From positions 9,794,293-9,858,292 of the forward strand of contig CAVNZM010000008.1 of NCBI GenBank assembly GCA_963693365.1: 64,000 nucleotides of DNA, written 5' to 3'. Positions within the stretch are counted from its first letter, which is position 1, and each line of letters starts with the position of its first letter. The translations under genes and the position numbers were made by a program. The DNA comes from Amoebidium appalachense (taxonomy: Eukaryota > Protista > Ichthyosporea). Under the pieces are notes generated by a model that was not told where the DNA came from, made no database searches, and was given only the letters and a program-made list of their open reading frames with translations. Below, piece by piece: positions 29,529 to 40,858 of the stretch.

Positions 29529-31738
29529 TTACGCCGCAGATCGCACAAAACTAAACAGTTTCTTAATCGACTGTCTCCTCTCATGTCCCTTCTCCGGTGA
29601 GTGGCTCGGGGGGGACCCCATCCCAGCGTGCAGCCCGGATCCGTAGCCTCCCGCTATCCTCTGCTGATATTCCGGTGAATTTGTTTTCAAAATATAGTAA
29701 ATGGCGACCACGTGGTCACCGACCGACGCCACCGACGTGTCCGATGTCGACCTTAAACTCAGTCTTATGTCGTCATGACTGAACCCAAACGACTTAAGCT
29801 GCCTCACGGCATCATCCGAATCGATCAGCGACGGATCGGCCAATCCCGTGGGGTCCGGCGACGCCGCCACCGCAATTGTGCGATGTGATTGGGTGGGCCG
29901 GATAAAACTAGATCGCAACCTCTGGGGGAGGGTGGCCCAAGACCACTGGGGCCGGTCTAGCATCATCCACGGGTGGTGAAGGATCTCGTTTAAGGTAGGG
30001 CGGAGGTTGGGCTCGAATTGGAAGATTTGAGATAGGAGGCTGGCTGCTTCGTTGGTTAAGGCGGGAGGAGGGACATAGTGGTGCCATGTGCGTTGGTAAC
30101 GTTTCACCTCAAAGGGGAGAACGGCTGCGGGAAAGAGGGGAGGGTAAGAAAGCTGCAAACTCTTGATTGGATATGGAACACGGTGCAGGACATAAGAGGA
30201 TGTGCACAAAAGCGCGAAGAAGAAGGATGAAATCTATAGTGTATGACGCTTGTAGTGGTTTCTAGCAGGTGTGGGTATGCACTTGGGTGCGTGAGCGTGT
30301 GGTGTTTACTGCCTGCATCTACTTAACGTGCAAGACAAACCATCATCCACGTCTCTACATCTCAACAATGGGCAGACTAACGGACAAAGACCCCCCTCTC
30401 CCCCCCCCCCCCCTCCCCCTCCCTTTCCCCCCCATATCTCCTGCGCAACGAAATAGATACCTCTGCCCATGCCCAAAAAAGGACTCGATGCAAGGTTGCT
30501 ACGGCAAGCCCCCCCCCCCCCCCCCCCCCCACCCCTCTTCCCCCCTCCCCCCACCTCACGTCCCCACCTACAAGCATATTCGGTATTCCACTGTCACCCG
30601 ATTTCTCCATCCCACCCTCTTTACACTATTTCGTCTCATCTTCGACTACCCCTCTGCACGTCCTTTCCATACCCCTCCTCCTCCCTCCCTCTCTATATCC
30701 TAACAGAACCTCTTCTCCCCCTGGGCCCCCTCTTCTTTCCTTTGCCCCCTTCCCCCTTCCCCCCCCCCCCCCCCCCCCCCCCCCGTCCCCTTCCCCCCCC
30801 CTCCCCTCCCCCCCTCCCTCCCCCCCCCCCCCCCCCCCTCCTCGTCCCTGGATATTGTTCCACGTATTGAGTGTGTTCATACGCATAAAAGTAACCAAAA
30901 GAAAAAAATGGGATCCCCCCCATTCAGCGACCCATATTGCACGAAAAATTGCATGAAAAATGGCTCGTCCGTTGAACTCGACACTCTTCTTCTGCACCAA
31001 CACACCTGGCAACTATACACGTGCTTGAGTGCAACCCAAAGAGAAATTGAACTCACTGCCCACACGAGGTCGGCCACTATTCTTACCCGCCAGCATGGAA
31101 TGCAGAACAGCGCCCAGCGCCCACACCTCCGCAGGAGGGCCCAGGTATCCATTCCCGTTGTGCACATCGTACACCTCAGGGGCAGCAAACACCGCAGACC
31201 CAGTAGGTGACCACAAGGCCTCTGTCGCTGCATGACCAACAACAATAGAGAGCCCAAAATCGCACAGCTTCACGTTACCGCCAGCGTCGATAAGGACATT
31301 GGCGTTTTTAATGTCGCGCGAAATCACGTTTTTTTCGTGGCAAAACTGAACCGCCTGGACCAGCTGCCTGAACCAACGGCGTGCTGTGGGCTCATCCACA
31401 GGACCGTTATTGACGAGGTAGATGTGCAAATTGCTGCCGTTACAATATTCCATCACAATGTACATGTAGTTTTCATCTTCAAACACCTCGTACACGTGTA
31501 TAACGTGGGGATGGCCTCTGACCAAGCGAAGAGACGCGATTTCGTTTTCGAGTGTTGTCCTTTCCATTGTGAGTGATTTGTTAACGATTTTAACAGCAAC
31601 CTCCGCCCCCGTGAGTTTGTGTGTTGCCACATGGACGGCGGAGAAACAGCCCTGCCCTATCTGTGCGCCGAGTATGTAGTTATTGATGCCAGCAGTATTT
31701 AGTTGGCACTTCAGACAGTGTACGTTAGTCCCACACAT
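29529..31738 (-). CDS. AMPK-related (MARK/SIK-like, CAMK group) Ser/Thr kinase with UBA domain, 2 coding exons
   Basis: Exons 31738-31087 and 30124-29529 (G|GTAAGA ... CAG|CC, phase 1). GQGCFS, VAVK, RDIKNAN, DFG, AAPE, VWALG, RPTLNEILHHPW; UBA-like AVRQLKSFGFSHDDI...VAIYYIL. Confidence 0.92.
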
Positions 31739-32205
31739 TTTTGGTTTTTGGATGTACGCAAAGGCACCGGAAGAAAATATAGTAAATGTGTTTCTGGAAG
31801 AACAATAGGGTTAAGAAAAACGTTAACCTGTGTTTGTCGTCCCTCGTAACTGGTTAGCTAGCCAAAGTGCGAGCAGCCTTTGTTTTTAACAGGTAGTAAC
31901 TAAGGGTGTTTGTGTGTACAGTGACCAGCCCTTCGTATTCGGCAGGTCAAACTGAACGTTAACACGTGAAGAACTGAACGCATTCAAAAATATATTAGTC
32001 GAAATGTAACTGGTTTGCCTCAAAGTGGTGTGGTGTTGTTGTGTGCCTACGCCATGCCCGGAAAAACTGTACAAAGAAATCGTCCGAGCGTGGTAAATAC
32101 ACTCAAAAGTCCCCCTTCTACCCGCTACGCTCTAGGCAAGAAGTGAATGGGGTGAGTTGGCTTGTTCGAGTGTAAAGCCACCCCTAGATCTGGGACCGTT
32201 TCTCC

Positions 32206-32310
32206 TTTATATACTGCCCGGAGTGTGTATGGAATCTGCGATCCGTATGAATGATTTACAACCAATCAAAAAGCTGTCTTGTTTATTCTATCAGCCTAAA
32301 CAACCAATCA
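32206..32310 (-). promoter_or_regulatory. Putative TATA box and two CCAAT boxes for the kinase gene
   Basis: TATATAAA on minus strand at 32206-32213; ACCAATCA at ~32261 and ~32303. Confidence 0.45.
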
Positions 32311-33766
32311 AGTATCAGTAACCATTGCTTCGCATGGGAACAGAATCTTAGATCTCGAGCCACCAAAGCACAATATCTCAGTACAAGAATCCCATAAACC
32401 CAACAATAAAGGCATATGAGGTTTTATTGTTCTTTCTAAATTATCTCATAATATTAATCAACAAATACCTTACCTGTGTTCCATATGTACTCAATATTAC
32501 CGATAGGGAGGACATCCGCCCTGTGACCCTGCCCAAAGCCATAGATCTTATAGATTTGCCTGGATGCATCTGATTGGATCTTTGACCCGGCTTTCGCCGA
32601 CCAGGTGTGGGCGATCTGCCTAAGCTAGTGGTACATGGCGACACATGGGACGAAGGAACAAGAGGGAAAAAGGGGAACGAGGCACTTACAGTAGTGTGAG
32701 GGACGGTGACGGGACTCACACAGAGCTGCCGAGAGTCTGTATAGGGCCTGTGCTTGTAAGAGCGATGGCCGATCTGGCTGCCGTGAGCCGGGTGCGCCTG
32801 CCTATAACCCAGTGCGGCCGAGGTCACGTGATCTCGCTCGGGCATTCCCAACAGGGGAGTTAAGCTCGTCCCGAGCTCAAACCAGGAGGAAAAAAAAAAA
32901 GGGCGGCTAACAGAGTGACCAGCACACAGGGTATAAGGCAGCACCGAAAGTGGCAGTTATGTACAGGCATACTAGAATACAGACATGTGGCAGATATTAT
33001 GAGGTCCGTAGTAGCGATAGCGTAAGGGCTATGTGCGCAAGCCTATTGAAGCTATATTAGAGACCTATGCTAGGGCTAGCTATATATGAAAGAAAAAATG
33101 AACATGACGCTCTAGCTAGCGGCTAAAGCACAAGTAGCTAAGATGCTATTAAAGAACGTGCTAAAAGTAACTTAGTGTTATTTAATAATAAAGCCTTCAT
33201 GCATATAATATGTACAGGCACAAATTCATGCATACAACATGTGCAAATGAATTTTTCATTCGAAAATATAGTGTGTGTATACGTGTGTGTGTGTGTGTGT
33301 GTGTGTGTTTGTGCGTGTGTGTGTGTGAGTATGTGTGTGTGTGTGTGAGTGAGTGAGGGGAGCAGCTCGAGTGAGTAGCCAGGTTGGTACAGGGGTGGCC
33401 TTGCGAGATAGGGTGCTCGTGCACGTGCAAGTAGGCCTAGAAGCTTGGCGGCGGCGGGGGGGGGGGGGGGGGGGGGGGGAGGAAAGGAAAAAAGGAGGGG
33501 GGGAAGGGGGGGGGGGGGGGGGGGGGGGGGGGAACAGGAAATGAGGGGAAAGGCCTAGCGATTCGAGCGGCTCGAGTGAGTAGCCAACTCAGAAAGAGGT
33601 GGCCTTGCGAGGTAAGGCGCTTGGAAAAGAGAGGAGTGTATAATAAATAAATATGATTTTTTTTTTTTTTTTTTTTTAAAGGGTTGGGGACGGTAGGCAA
33701 TGGGTGCCTTCTGGTTACCAAGGGGGGGGGGGGGGGGGGGGGGGGGAATATCTTTTTATATTTCGA

Positions 33767-35406
33767 TCATGCGGTCATCCGGAAACCATGCGGGTTGACC
33801 GTTATGATCAGCGGCCAAGTAGTACAATCGGCCGTCAGGTGCATATGCCCATCCGGGGGAGATCCACGTATACGATAGTGGGGCGTGGATATTATGCGGG
33901 TAGGGTGCCAAGTTGGGCATATGGGGGTTCGGGTATGTATTTTGAGGGAGAACGTAAGGGATGTGGTGGGGAGGCGGGGGGGGGAAGGGGGGGGTAGTGG
34001 GGTTGGGGGTGGAGGGGGAGCGGCCTGCGTACTAGTAGGTACGGCTAGGCGGGGGGAGGGGAATGAGTCGGAGAGTGGGTAGAGTGGGTGGCTGGGCAGG
34101 CATAGCTTGAGGCATGAGGAGGGAGGGGGAGGGGGTTGTGGAAGATGTGTTGGAAGGGCAGGGTGAGGTTGAGGTTGAGGGGGAGGGGGGCGGAGGGAGG
34201 GGGCGTGCGGGAGGGAGGGGGTGGGGGTGGGGGTGGAGGGGGGGGGTGCCTGAACCACGAATTCTGCATCCTCAGGGAGATCTTCTTCTGCAAGTGGGTG
34301 TTGCCCAGGTGCGGGGGGATCTTGTGGTTGTGGGAGAGGTGGAAAGGGTAGGATAGCATCGTCCAAGGGGCGGTCATCTCGGTTGGTTTTAACCGATCGT
34401 GATGAACCGGAATTTTCATAAATTTACCGTGTGGAGTGACAGGCCAATCCGTGGTGAGGATCGCGGCCGGCGTGGCAGGTTGTGCATGATGCAACATAGA
34501 CTAAGTGGTGTATGTCGCTGTACATGGTCGGCCAATAGAAATGTTCGCGGATTTTCTGATAGGTTTTAGAAAATCCTAAGTGGCCACCAAGTACGCTTCA
34601 AGTATTTTACGTTTGAAACCGCGTGGTACCACGATTTGAAAGCTTGGTCCATGTGCTTGAGCACCCGGTCGGGTGCGTACAAAGACATGGTATAGGGTGT
34701 TGTTGTGCACGGTATAAGCGTCACGTTCAAGCACGAGACGGCGTGCGAGTTTATCATCCTCTGGTAGGATATTGTGCACCAAATAATCTATAATGGGGCG
34801 CACATCAGGGTCTGCGAGCTGTGCTTGTTGTAGCTCGGGTTTGGCTTAATGGTTTCGATATTGGGAACAATCGCGGAGACAAAGGGAGAGGATTGGTGGG
34901 GGAAAGAGGGGGACTCGGAGGGGGGCGGGGGGAGGGGAGGAGAGGAAAATCGAAGGATCGGGTGGGGGAGGGGTAGGGAAGGAGTTGGGGAGGGGCCATG
35001 TGACGGAATGGTCATGCGGGGAAGAGGGGGGTGGGGGGGCAGCGGGGGAAGGAGGGGAGGAGGAGGGGGGTACGAGGGGCCCGGGGCAGACACGAGAGGG
35101 ACAGCGGGGGGGAACTGCGCCTGCCTGGACAGTGCGTTTGGGACCACGTGAAGCTTGCCGGGCCTATGTACAACATCAATTTCGTATTCAGACAGCTGTA
35201 ACGCCCAGCGGGCTAGACGGCCACTGGCAGTCAGCTGCTCCGTTGATCATGAGGAACTGTAAAGCACAGTGTGGTCGGTAATCATAATAAAGCGATTACC
35301 GTAGACATAGGGGCGGAATTGTTGCATGGCATACAAACATGCAAGTGCTTCCAATTCTGTGGGCGCATAACTTTTTTCAGCGCCATGTAGTGCGCGGCTT
35401 GCGTAT
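33767..35406 (-). mobile_element. Degenerate Ty3/Gypsy pol remnant (RNase H, integrase zinc finger, C-terminal tail)
   Basis: YASRALHGAEKSYAPTELEALACLYAMQQFRPYVYGNRFIMITDH (35406-35270), VPNALSR, TYQKIREHFYWPTMYSDI...CTTC (~34565-34475), VHHDRLKP; frameshifts present, integrase DDE core missing. Confidence 0.85.
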
Positions 35407-35708
35407 TGATAATCTGCATAACCGGACAAATCGGTCCTAATAATGGCTAAAAAGGACAAAAGTGTCCTATCTTTTTCGGCGGCGTCGCTAAGCGTTGTTT
35501 TCGATAGGAAACACCCCACAAGCTGGGTATGGCCAATGAGGTCTAGTATTTTCCTGCCTTTTTTGTCTTTATAGGAAACCAATAGGACTGCAGGGTGAGT
35601 AGCTCTTGACGCGCAAAAGATCATGGGTGCAACCGTTTTCCCCCAGTTTTGGGGTGTCCGACTGTCCGATCACGGACACCATTTGGTTTCCGAACTAAAA
35701 GACACCGC

Positions 35709-36320
35709 TGTTGTATAATATGATCGTGTGTCTGTGACAAACAATATGTTTATAAATGAACGGGGTTGACTAGACCACGCTTTGCTTAGTTACGTGCTAG
35801 TCCTACTTACACCTAGTAAGCCGAGCACACTAAGTCCGCTCTGAAGCCCCCGACATGCCCTTATAACGGAGCTCGCACAGCGGCTCAGACATGCGCATCG
35901 GTATGTGCTTTTTGGCTACGAGAGCCAATCACATACGGTTCACGGTTCTGTCCCATGGCTATCACGGTTCCAATAAACCTATTGAGCCAATCGGGTGACA
36001 GTACTTGATTATCGATGCATTCCACAGTCATACCTCACGCGGCTACTTGCATATTTTCCCATGATAAAACTATAACTTAACGCTCATGGTTCCTCTGCTA
36101 CGTGTCGGTCCCATGTGGCTATTATATCTGTTTTCCCATGAATAATCCTGCAAGTTGCACGTGCACATACGTTTAACTCCATGCTCATGCGCACAAGACT
36201 GGGAGGGACATGCATACTGGCCTACCTAAGATCAAACACAGTGGTATATATACATGTACACGTGTGCGTATATCTCAACCTGTGTACATCCATACTAGAT
36301 ATCCGGTATAATATACCACA
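35709..36320 (-). repeat. 3' LTR
   Basis: No differences from 42801-43412 seen by eye; termini TGTTGTATA...TATACCACA. Confidence 0.97.
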
Positions 36321-36360
36321 CGCCCCACCGTAAAAAGAAGTATGTCGTCCTCGACATACG

Positions 36361-39300
36361 TCACCATGCTCCACACAATGAGTCAATGTATCCGTGGAAC
36401 GATGCAAGGTCACCTCTGCGTTGGTGGAACTCTCGGATCTTGTCCGGGCAGGCTAAGTCTTTCTCAGACTCCCAAGAGGTGAATGAATCATCTTTGCCTG
36501 CCCACTTGATCTGGTACCACTTGTAAGGGGTGGATTGCTTGCGCCGTTTCTGAATTCTTACGTCAAGCACCTTTTCCACCACCCACTCGTCCGGCAGAAC
36601 CTTGTTGAAGTTGTGACTATCGCCCGTGTCCGGGAGGTGAGAGAGATCTTGAGGCCGAATTCTATTTTGCTCACTCAATTCAAGCTGAATATCGTCCACG
36701 TGCCACTTAGATTTCTTCATAGTTGCTAAGCTTCGGATCTCGTACGTAACCGGGCCGACCCTTTTGACGATTTCGTAACCCGTAATCCACCGTACATCCC
36801 AGGCACCGATATTTTTGGCTTGATTCCGAACACGTATCCGTGCACCCTTCTCAAATTCACGAGCCACCGAGGGGCCTGGGGGCTCTTGTACGGCACGTTG
36901 CTGGACCACAGCACGGAGCAGAGGCAGACGGGCTAGTAACTCTCGCCGGTATGCCTTCCACTCTGGGTCCTTGAGTGCCGGGTGGTTACTGTTAAGAAGG
37001 GCAACGTCAGGGAATTGTGTTGCTTCTTGCCCGTACACAAGATAATACGGTGTACATTGCAAAATTTTGTGTGTTGTTGTGTTGTATGCATGTGTAACCA
37101 CCGGCAACAGAGTGTCCCAATTAGTGTGCTCATAATTAACGTACTTTGAGAGTGCATTATTAATAAATCTATGAGACCGTTCATTGGAACCGTTGCTTTG
37201 TGGGTGATATGCAGAGGTGCTCACTTGTGCAATATTTGCTATACGGCAAATCTCAATAATTAGCTCATTGAGAAATTCTGAACCCTGATCACTCAAGAGT
37301 GTACGAGGGGGGCCGTGTATATAGCAAATTACATTCATGAGTGCATGTGCAACATTAACGGCATGCTTAGATTGGATGGGCACAGTGATTAAATACTTCG
37401 TTGCCATATCCATAAACACACAAATGAAAGTATTACCATTTTTCGTTTCTGTGAACGGACCCATAAGGTCAACAGAAACACGAGAGAACATTTTTAAATT
37501 TTCGTATCTCTGTTCAAATGGCCTACTTCTCAAGTGTGGGTTATCGTTACGGCCTTGGCACTGTGTGCAGGCATTCACATAAGCAGTGATATCTTTGTGC
37601 ATGCGTGGCCAATAATAATTGTATAATCTTTCGTAAGTTCGTTCAATGCCAGTATGAGCCCCCCCGTCGTGCACACTTCTTAATAAATCAGCACGAAGGA
37701 TTTCGGGCACATACAGGCAACGACGACCATCCTTAGCCACATGATAAAGCACGTCATCCTCTATCACACACATTTGTGCTATTTTCTTAACCTTATTGTA
37801 TCCGAAATACTCAAGATTAAGACCGTGTGCAGCTCGTTCCCCCCCTGCCTGCCATTCCCGTTTGGCCTCGGCATCGAGGGAGGCAAGCCACCGTAGCCAC
37901 GTGATTATATCCTTACACATTTTGTCCCCCCCCTGTGCCATCATAATTGCTTCCTTCTGATAGCCGGCACCACCGAGTGCAGAAAGGGAGGGCAGGCCGG
38001 CTTGACTGAGTGCAGAAATTTGTGCACATTTCAAGCGGTCTGGATCGAAAATGTGTGTGAATTCGAGTGCATCGCCCCAATCAACAAACACTTCGGCTGG
38101 TTGCGAGCTAAGCTCGGATAAATCTGCTGTGAGAACCTCTTGTAATTCCTTTTTCACATCCCACCTTTCCAGTGTTATGTTTTCGTTCTCATGCAGAATA
38201 TATCCTATACGGCTTAACCCATCAGCATCGTGCATGGTAGGGCCAGGACGGTAGTATAGATCGAAATCATACTCCTGCATTTCCAAAGCCCACCGTTGCA
38301 TCCGTTCGTTTGCTATCCGTTTGACACCTTTAAGAGAAAGACAGGGCTTATGGTCACTTTCCACAATAGTATTTACTCGACCATACACGTACACCCTAAA
38401 CTCTTTCAGTGCCCAATAGATTGCATGCGTTTCTCGTTCGATGTTGCTCCACCTACGTTCGGTAGGTTGAAACATCCGGGAGGCATATGCCACCGTGCGG
38501 AACTTGCCATCATTTTGTTTTTGATACAGGCAAGCCCCTTCCGAGAACCGACTAGCATCACAACGAATAAGAAACTGACCCCCCGTGGGGGAAAGATCGG
38601 GCAGGGCAAGCACTTCCTCCGATAACGCCGATTTTAAATCTTTAAACGAGCGATCTAATTCGTCCGTCCATTTTAACCGTCGGTGTTTTTCTCCGTAACA
38701 CTCGGCATTCATGGGTCGGGCTCGCTCTGCATAATTTAAAATGTGACGGCGGAGATAGGAAGTAATACCCAGAAAACCCCGGAGTTGGTGTAGTGTGTTT
38801 GGTACCGGCCAATCTTTCACTGCCTGAACCTTTTTCGGGTCGGGCCGAATGCCATTCACACCTACAATCCAACCCAAAAACGGTATTTCCGTTAGCCCAA
38901 TATATGTCTTTGCCCCATCGAGCTTAACACCATATTCACCGAGACGGGTGAAAAGTCGGTCAAGCTTCTGTATTAATTCTGTTTCGGTGTGTGCACCCAC
39001 AGCTAAATCATCGGCATATATCACCACATCATCGGCCAGCGGGGCCAAAATCTGTGTCATGATAGATGCTAGCTGGGACGGGGAAGTACTGAGCCCCTGT
39101 GGTGCCACACAATAACGATACTGCACACCAGCCACAGAAAATCCTGTTTTTTCACGTGACTCAGCGTCTAGCAGTATTTGGTAAAAGGCACCCGACATAT
39201 CAGCTTTACAGAAATACTTATACCCAGCCAACTTCTCTATTTGTTGTTGCAAGTTGGGCATGGGCCAGGCAGATTTTCGAATTTGCTTGTTAATAGCACG

Positions 39301-39759
39301 AAAATCAGTCAGCAGACGGTATTTTCCGTTTGGTTTTCGTATTACGAAGGTGGGTGAATTATACTGACTGTGTGCTTGTTCCATCTGCCCTCTATGACAC
39401 ATATCCTCCACGATCTCCTTTGCAGCCTGCTCTTTCACTTGTTCCAACCTCCACTGTTTTAATCGAATCGGTGTGTTATCTCCCGTGTCTATGTGCATGG
39501 TGAATCCTTTAATCTGAGGAAATTCGTCGGGGTCCGTAGTGGTGAAGCAACGAGAGTGTGCTTCTAATAGTTTCTTAACCTCCGGAAGCATACTCTGAGG
39601 CACCCTATTCCAATCAAAACCGTGGGGAGCCTGGCCGGCATCGTGTGCACCCCCACCCGAAATTTCCGAAATCAAATTTTCGCGGGGGGGGTTTTTCATG
39701 ATCAACGGCACACATTGATTGGTCGATCGGTGAGTGTATCGGACCGCCTCGTGTCCCAC
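36361..39759 (-). CDS. pol: Pol: reverse transcriptase, RNase H, integrase, chromodomain
   Basis: RT (LTDFRAIN, PQGLSTSP, YADD), RNase H (CDAS, ESDH, DADGLSR), integrase HHCC + SVDLMGP / SDQGSEF / NERSH, C-terminal chromodomain EWVVEKVLD...YQIKWAGKDDSFTSWESEKDL. Probably entered by frameshift rather than own ATG. Confidence 0.96.
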   Translation of the reverse strand: MGHEAVRYTHRSTNQCVPLIMKNPPRENLISEISGGGAHDAGQAPHGFDWNRVPQSMLPEVKKLLEAHSRCFTTTDPDEFPQIKGFTMHIDTGDNTPIRLKQWRLEQVKEQAAKEIVEDMCHRGQMEQAHSQYNSPTFVIRKPNGKYRLLTDFRAINKQIRKSAWPMPNLQQQIEKLAGYKYFCKADMSGAFYQILLDAESREKTGFSVAGVQYRYCVAPQGLSTSPSQLASIMTQILAPLADDVVIYADDLAVGAHTETELIQKLDRLFTRLGEYGVKLDGAKTYIGLTEIPFLGWIVGVNGIRPDPKKVQAVKDWPVPNTLHQLRGFLGITSYLRRHILNYAERARPMNAECYGEKHRRLKWTDELDRSFKDLKSALSEEVLALPDLSPTGGQFLIRCDASRFSEGACLYQKQNDGKFRTVAYASRMFQPTERRWSNIERETHAIYWALKEFRVYVYGRVNTIVESDHKPCLSLKGVKRIANERMQRWALEMQEYDFDLYYRPGPTMHDADGLSRIGYILHENENITLERWDVKKELQEVLTADLSELSSQPAEVFVDWGDALEFTHIFDPDRLKCAQISALSQAGLPSLSALGGAGYQKEAIMMAQGGDKMCKDIITWLRWLASLDAEAKREWQAGGERAAHGLNLEYFGYNKVKKIAQMCVIEDDVLYHVAKDGRRCLYVPEILRADLLRSVHDGGAHTGIERTYERLYNYYWPRMHKDITAYVNACTQCQGRNDNPHLRSRPFEQRYENLKMFSRVSVDLMGPFTETKNGNTFICVFMDMATKYLITVPIQSKHAVNVAHALMNVICYIHGPPRTLLSDQGSEFLNELIIEICRIANIAQVSTSAYHPQSNGSNERSHRFINNALSKYVNYEHTNWDTLLPVVTHAYNTTTHKILQCTPYYLVYGQEATQFPDVALLNSNHPALKDPEWKAYRRELLARLPLLRAVVQQRAVQEPPGPSVAREFEKGARIRVRNQAKNIGAWDVRWITGYEIVKRVGPVTYEIRSLATMKKSKWHVDDIQLELSEQNRIRPQDLSHLPDTGDSHNFNKVLPDEWVVEKVLDVRIQKRRKQSTPYKWYQIKWAGKDDSFTSWESEKDLACPDKIREFHQRRGDLASFHGYIDSLCGAW

Positions 39760-40858
39760 TCACATGCCCTTCGTGCCCACACATGTTATCGGTAGGCACC
39801 CGGCCCGGTGGCACGGCCGGAGGTGAATTGGGTAGGCAACCTTCTCCACCCCCCGTTGCCCACCTGATGCACTGCGCTATTGCACCAACGACGGTTTGTG
39901 TACGACTGGGGTGGGGTTCGGCTTGCAAAACACTCAGTTCGTGTATGTACTCATGTCGGCTCGTAGGAACGAAATGACCGATGGTACCGAACACGTTCAA
40001 ATCCGGACCCACACCATTTTCGCACACAACAGCAATAGATTTATCCACACTAAGTTCACAGATGGTGGGGGGGAACTTATCTCGAAATTCACGAGTAGGC
40101 TCGAAGATACCGAGGGTGCCAGCAGCAGCAGCAGCAGCAGTCACCTGCACCGTTGCACGTAAGACACATCCAAAGCCAGATTTGACGGTGGTGTCGTGCT
40201 TGACGGTAACAGGACACATTGTGTAGGGGGTGTGCAAAGATGACGTCGGCACCACCATCCCCGACACCAGTGTTAGTGAGTGTGCTTGATGATTAGTGGT
40301 GGCAATGTGTTTGTTGGCAAAATCGTTCCCAATAATCATGTCATGCTTAATATTTTTAATTACTAAGCAAGGCCACATGAATGTTTGAGAACCGAGGCAT
40401 AACGGGAGCATCACTTCACCACTCACAGCTAGAGCTTTATCGTTTTTTCTTACAGAAGTAACAATAACATCCGAGGGTTGCAAAGCAAACTCCTGCATGT
40501 GTCGGGAAAAAACAGCTTCACTAACCACCGTGAATGATGCCCCAGTGTCAAACAATGCAAAGTATTTTTCATTACTCAACGTAACATTAACATAGATACG
40601 TCTTCCTGCATTGCATATGGCACTTATATCGAACACTTTTCTTATTCTATCGAGTGTTCGAAGTTTCTTTGTGGGGGGGGATAGGTGTGGGGGGGTGGGG
40701 GGTCGGGGGTCGGGGGAAGGGGGCTCGGAGGGGGGAATATCAGAAGAAGCCGGGGCAGAAGCACATGGTATAGGCACATTTTTAATTACTTTTTCGTGAC
40801 CCACTGGGTCACAATGTGCAATACATGCCGTATTCGTGCTTCCAGCACCGGCAATTAC
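39614..40858 (-). CDS. pro: Aspartic protease ORF (pro)
   Basis: ALFDTGASFTVV and DMIIGNDF; open in the gag frame immediately after the gag TAG. Confidence 0.9.
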   Translation of the reverse strand, partial: VIAGAGSTNTACIAHCDPVGHEKVIKNVPIPCASAPASSDIPPSEPPSPDPRPPTPPHLSPPTKKLRTLDRIRKVFDISAICNAGRRIYVNVTLSNEKYFALFDTGASFTVVSEAVFSRHMQEFALQPSDVIVTSVRKNDKALAVSGEVMLPLCLGSQTFMWPCLVIKNIKHDMIIGNDFANKHIATTNHQAHSLTLVSGMVVPTSSLHTPYTMCPVTVKHDTTVKSGFGCVLRATVQVTAAAAAAGTLGIFEPTREFRDKFPPTICELSVDKSIAVVCENGVGPDLNVFGTIGHFVPTSRHEYIHELSVLQAEPHPSRTQTVVGAIAQCIRWATGGGEGCLPNSPPAVPPGRVPTDNMCGHEGHVSGTRGGPIHSPIDQSMCAVDHEKPPPRKFDFGNFGWGCTRCRPGSPRF

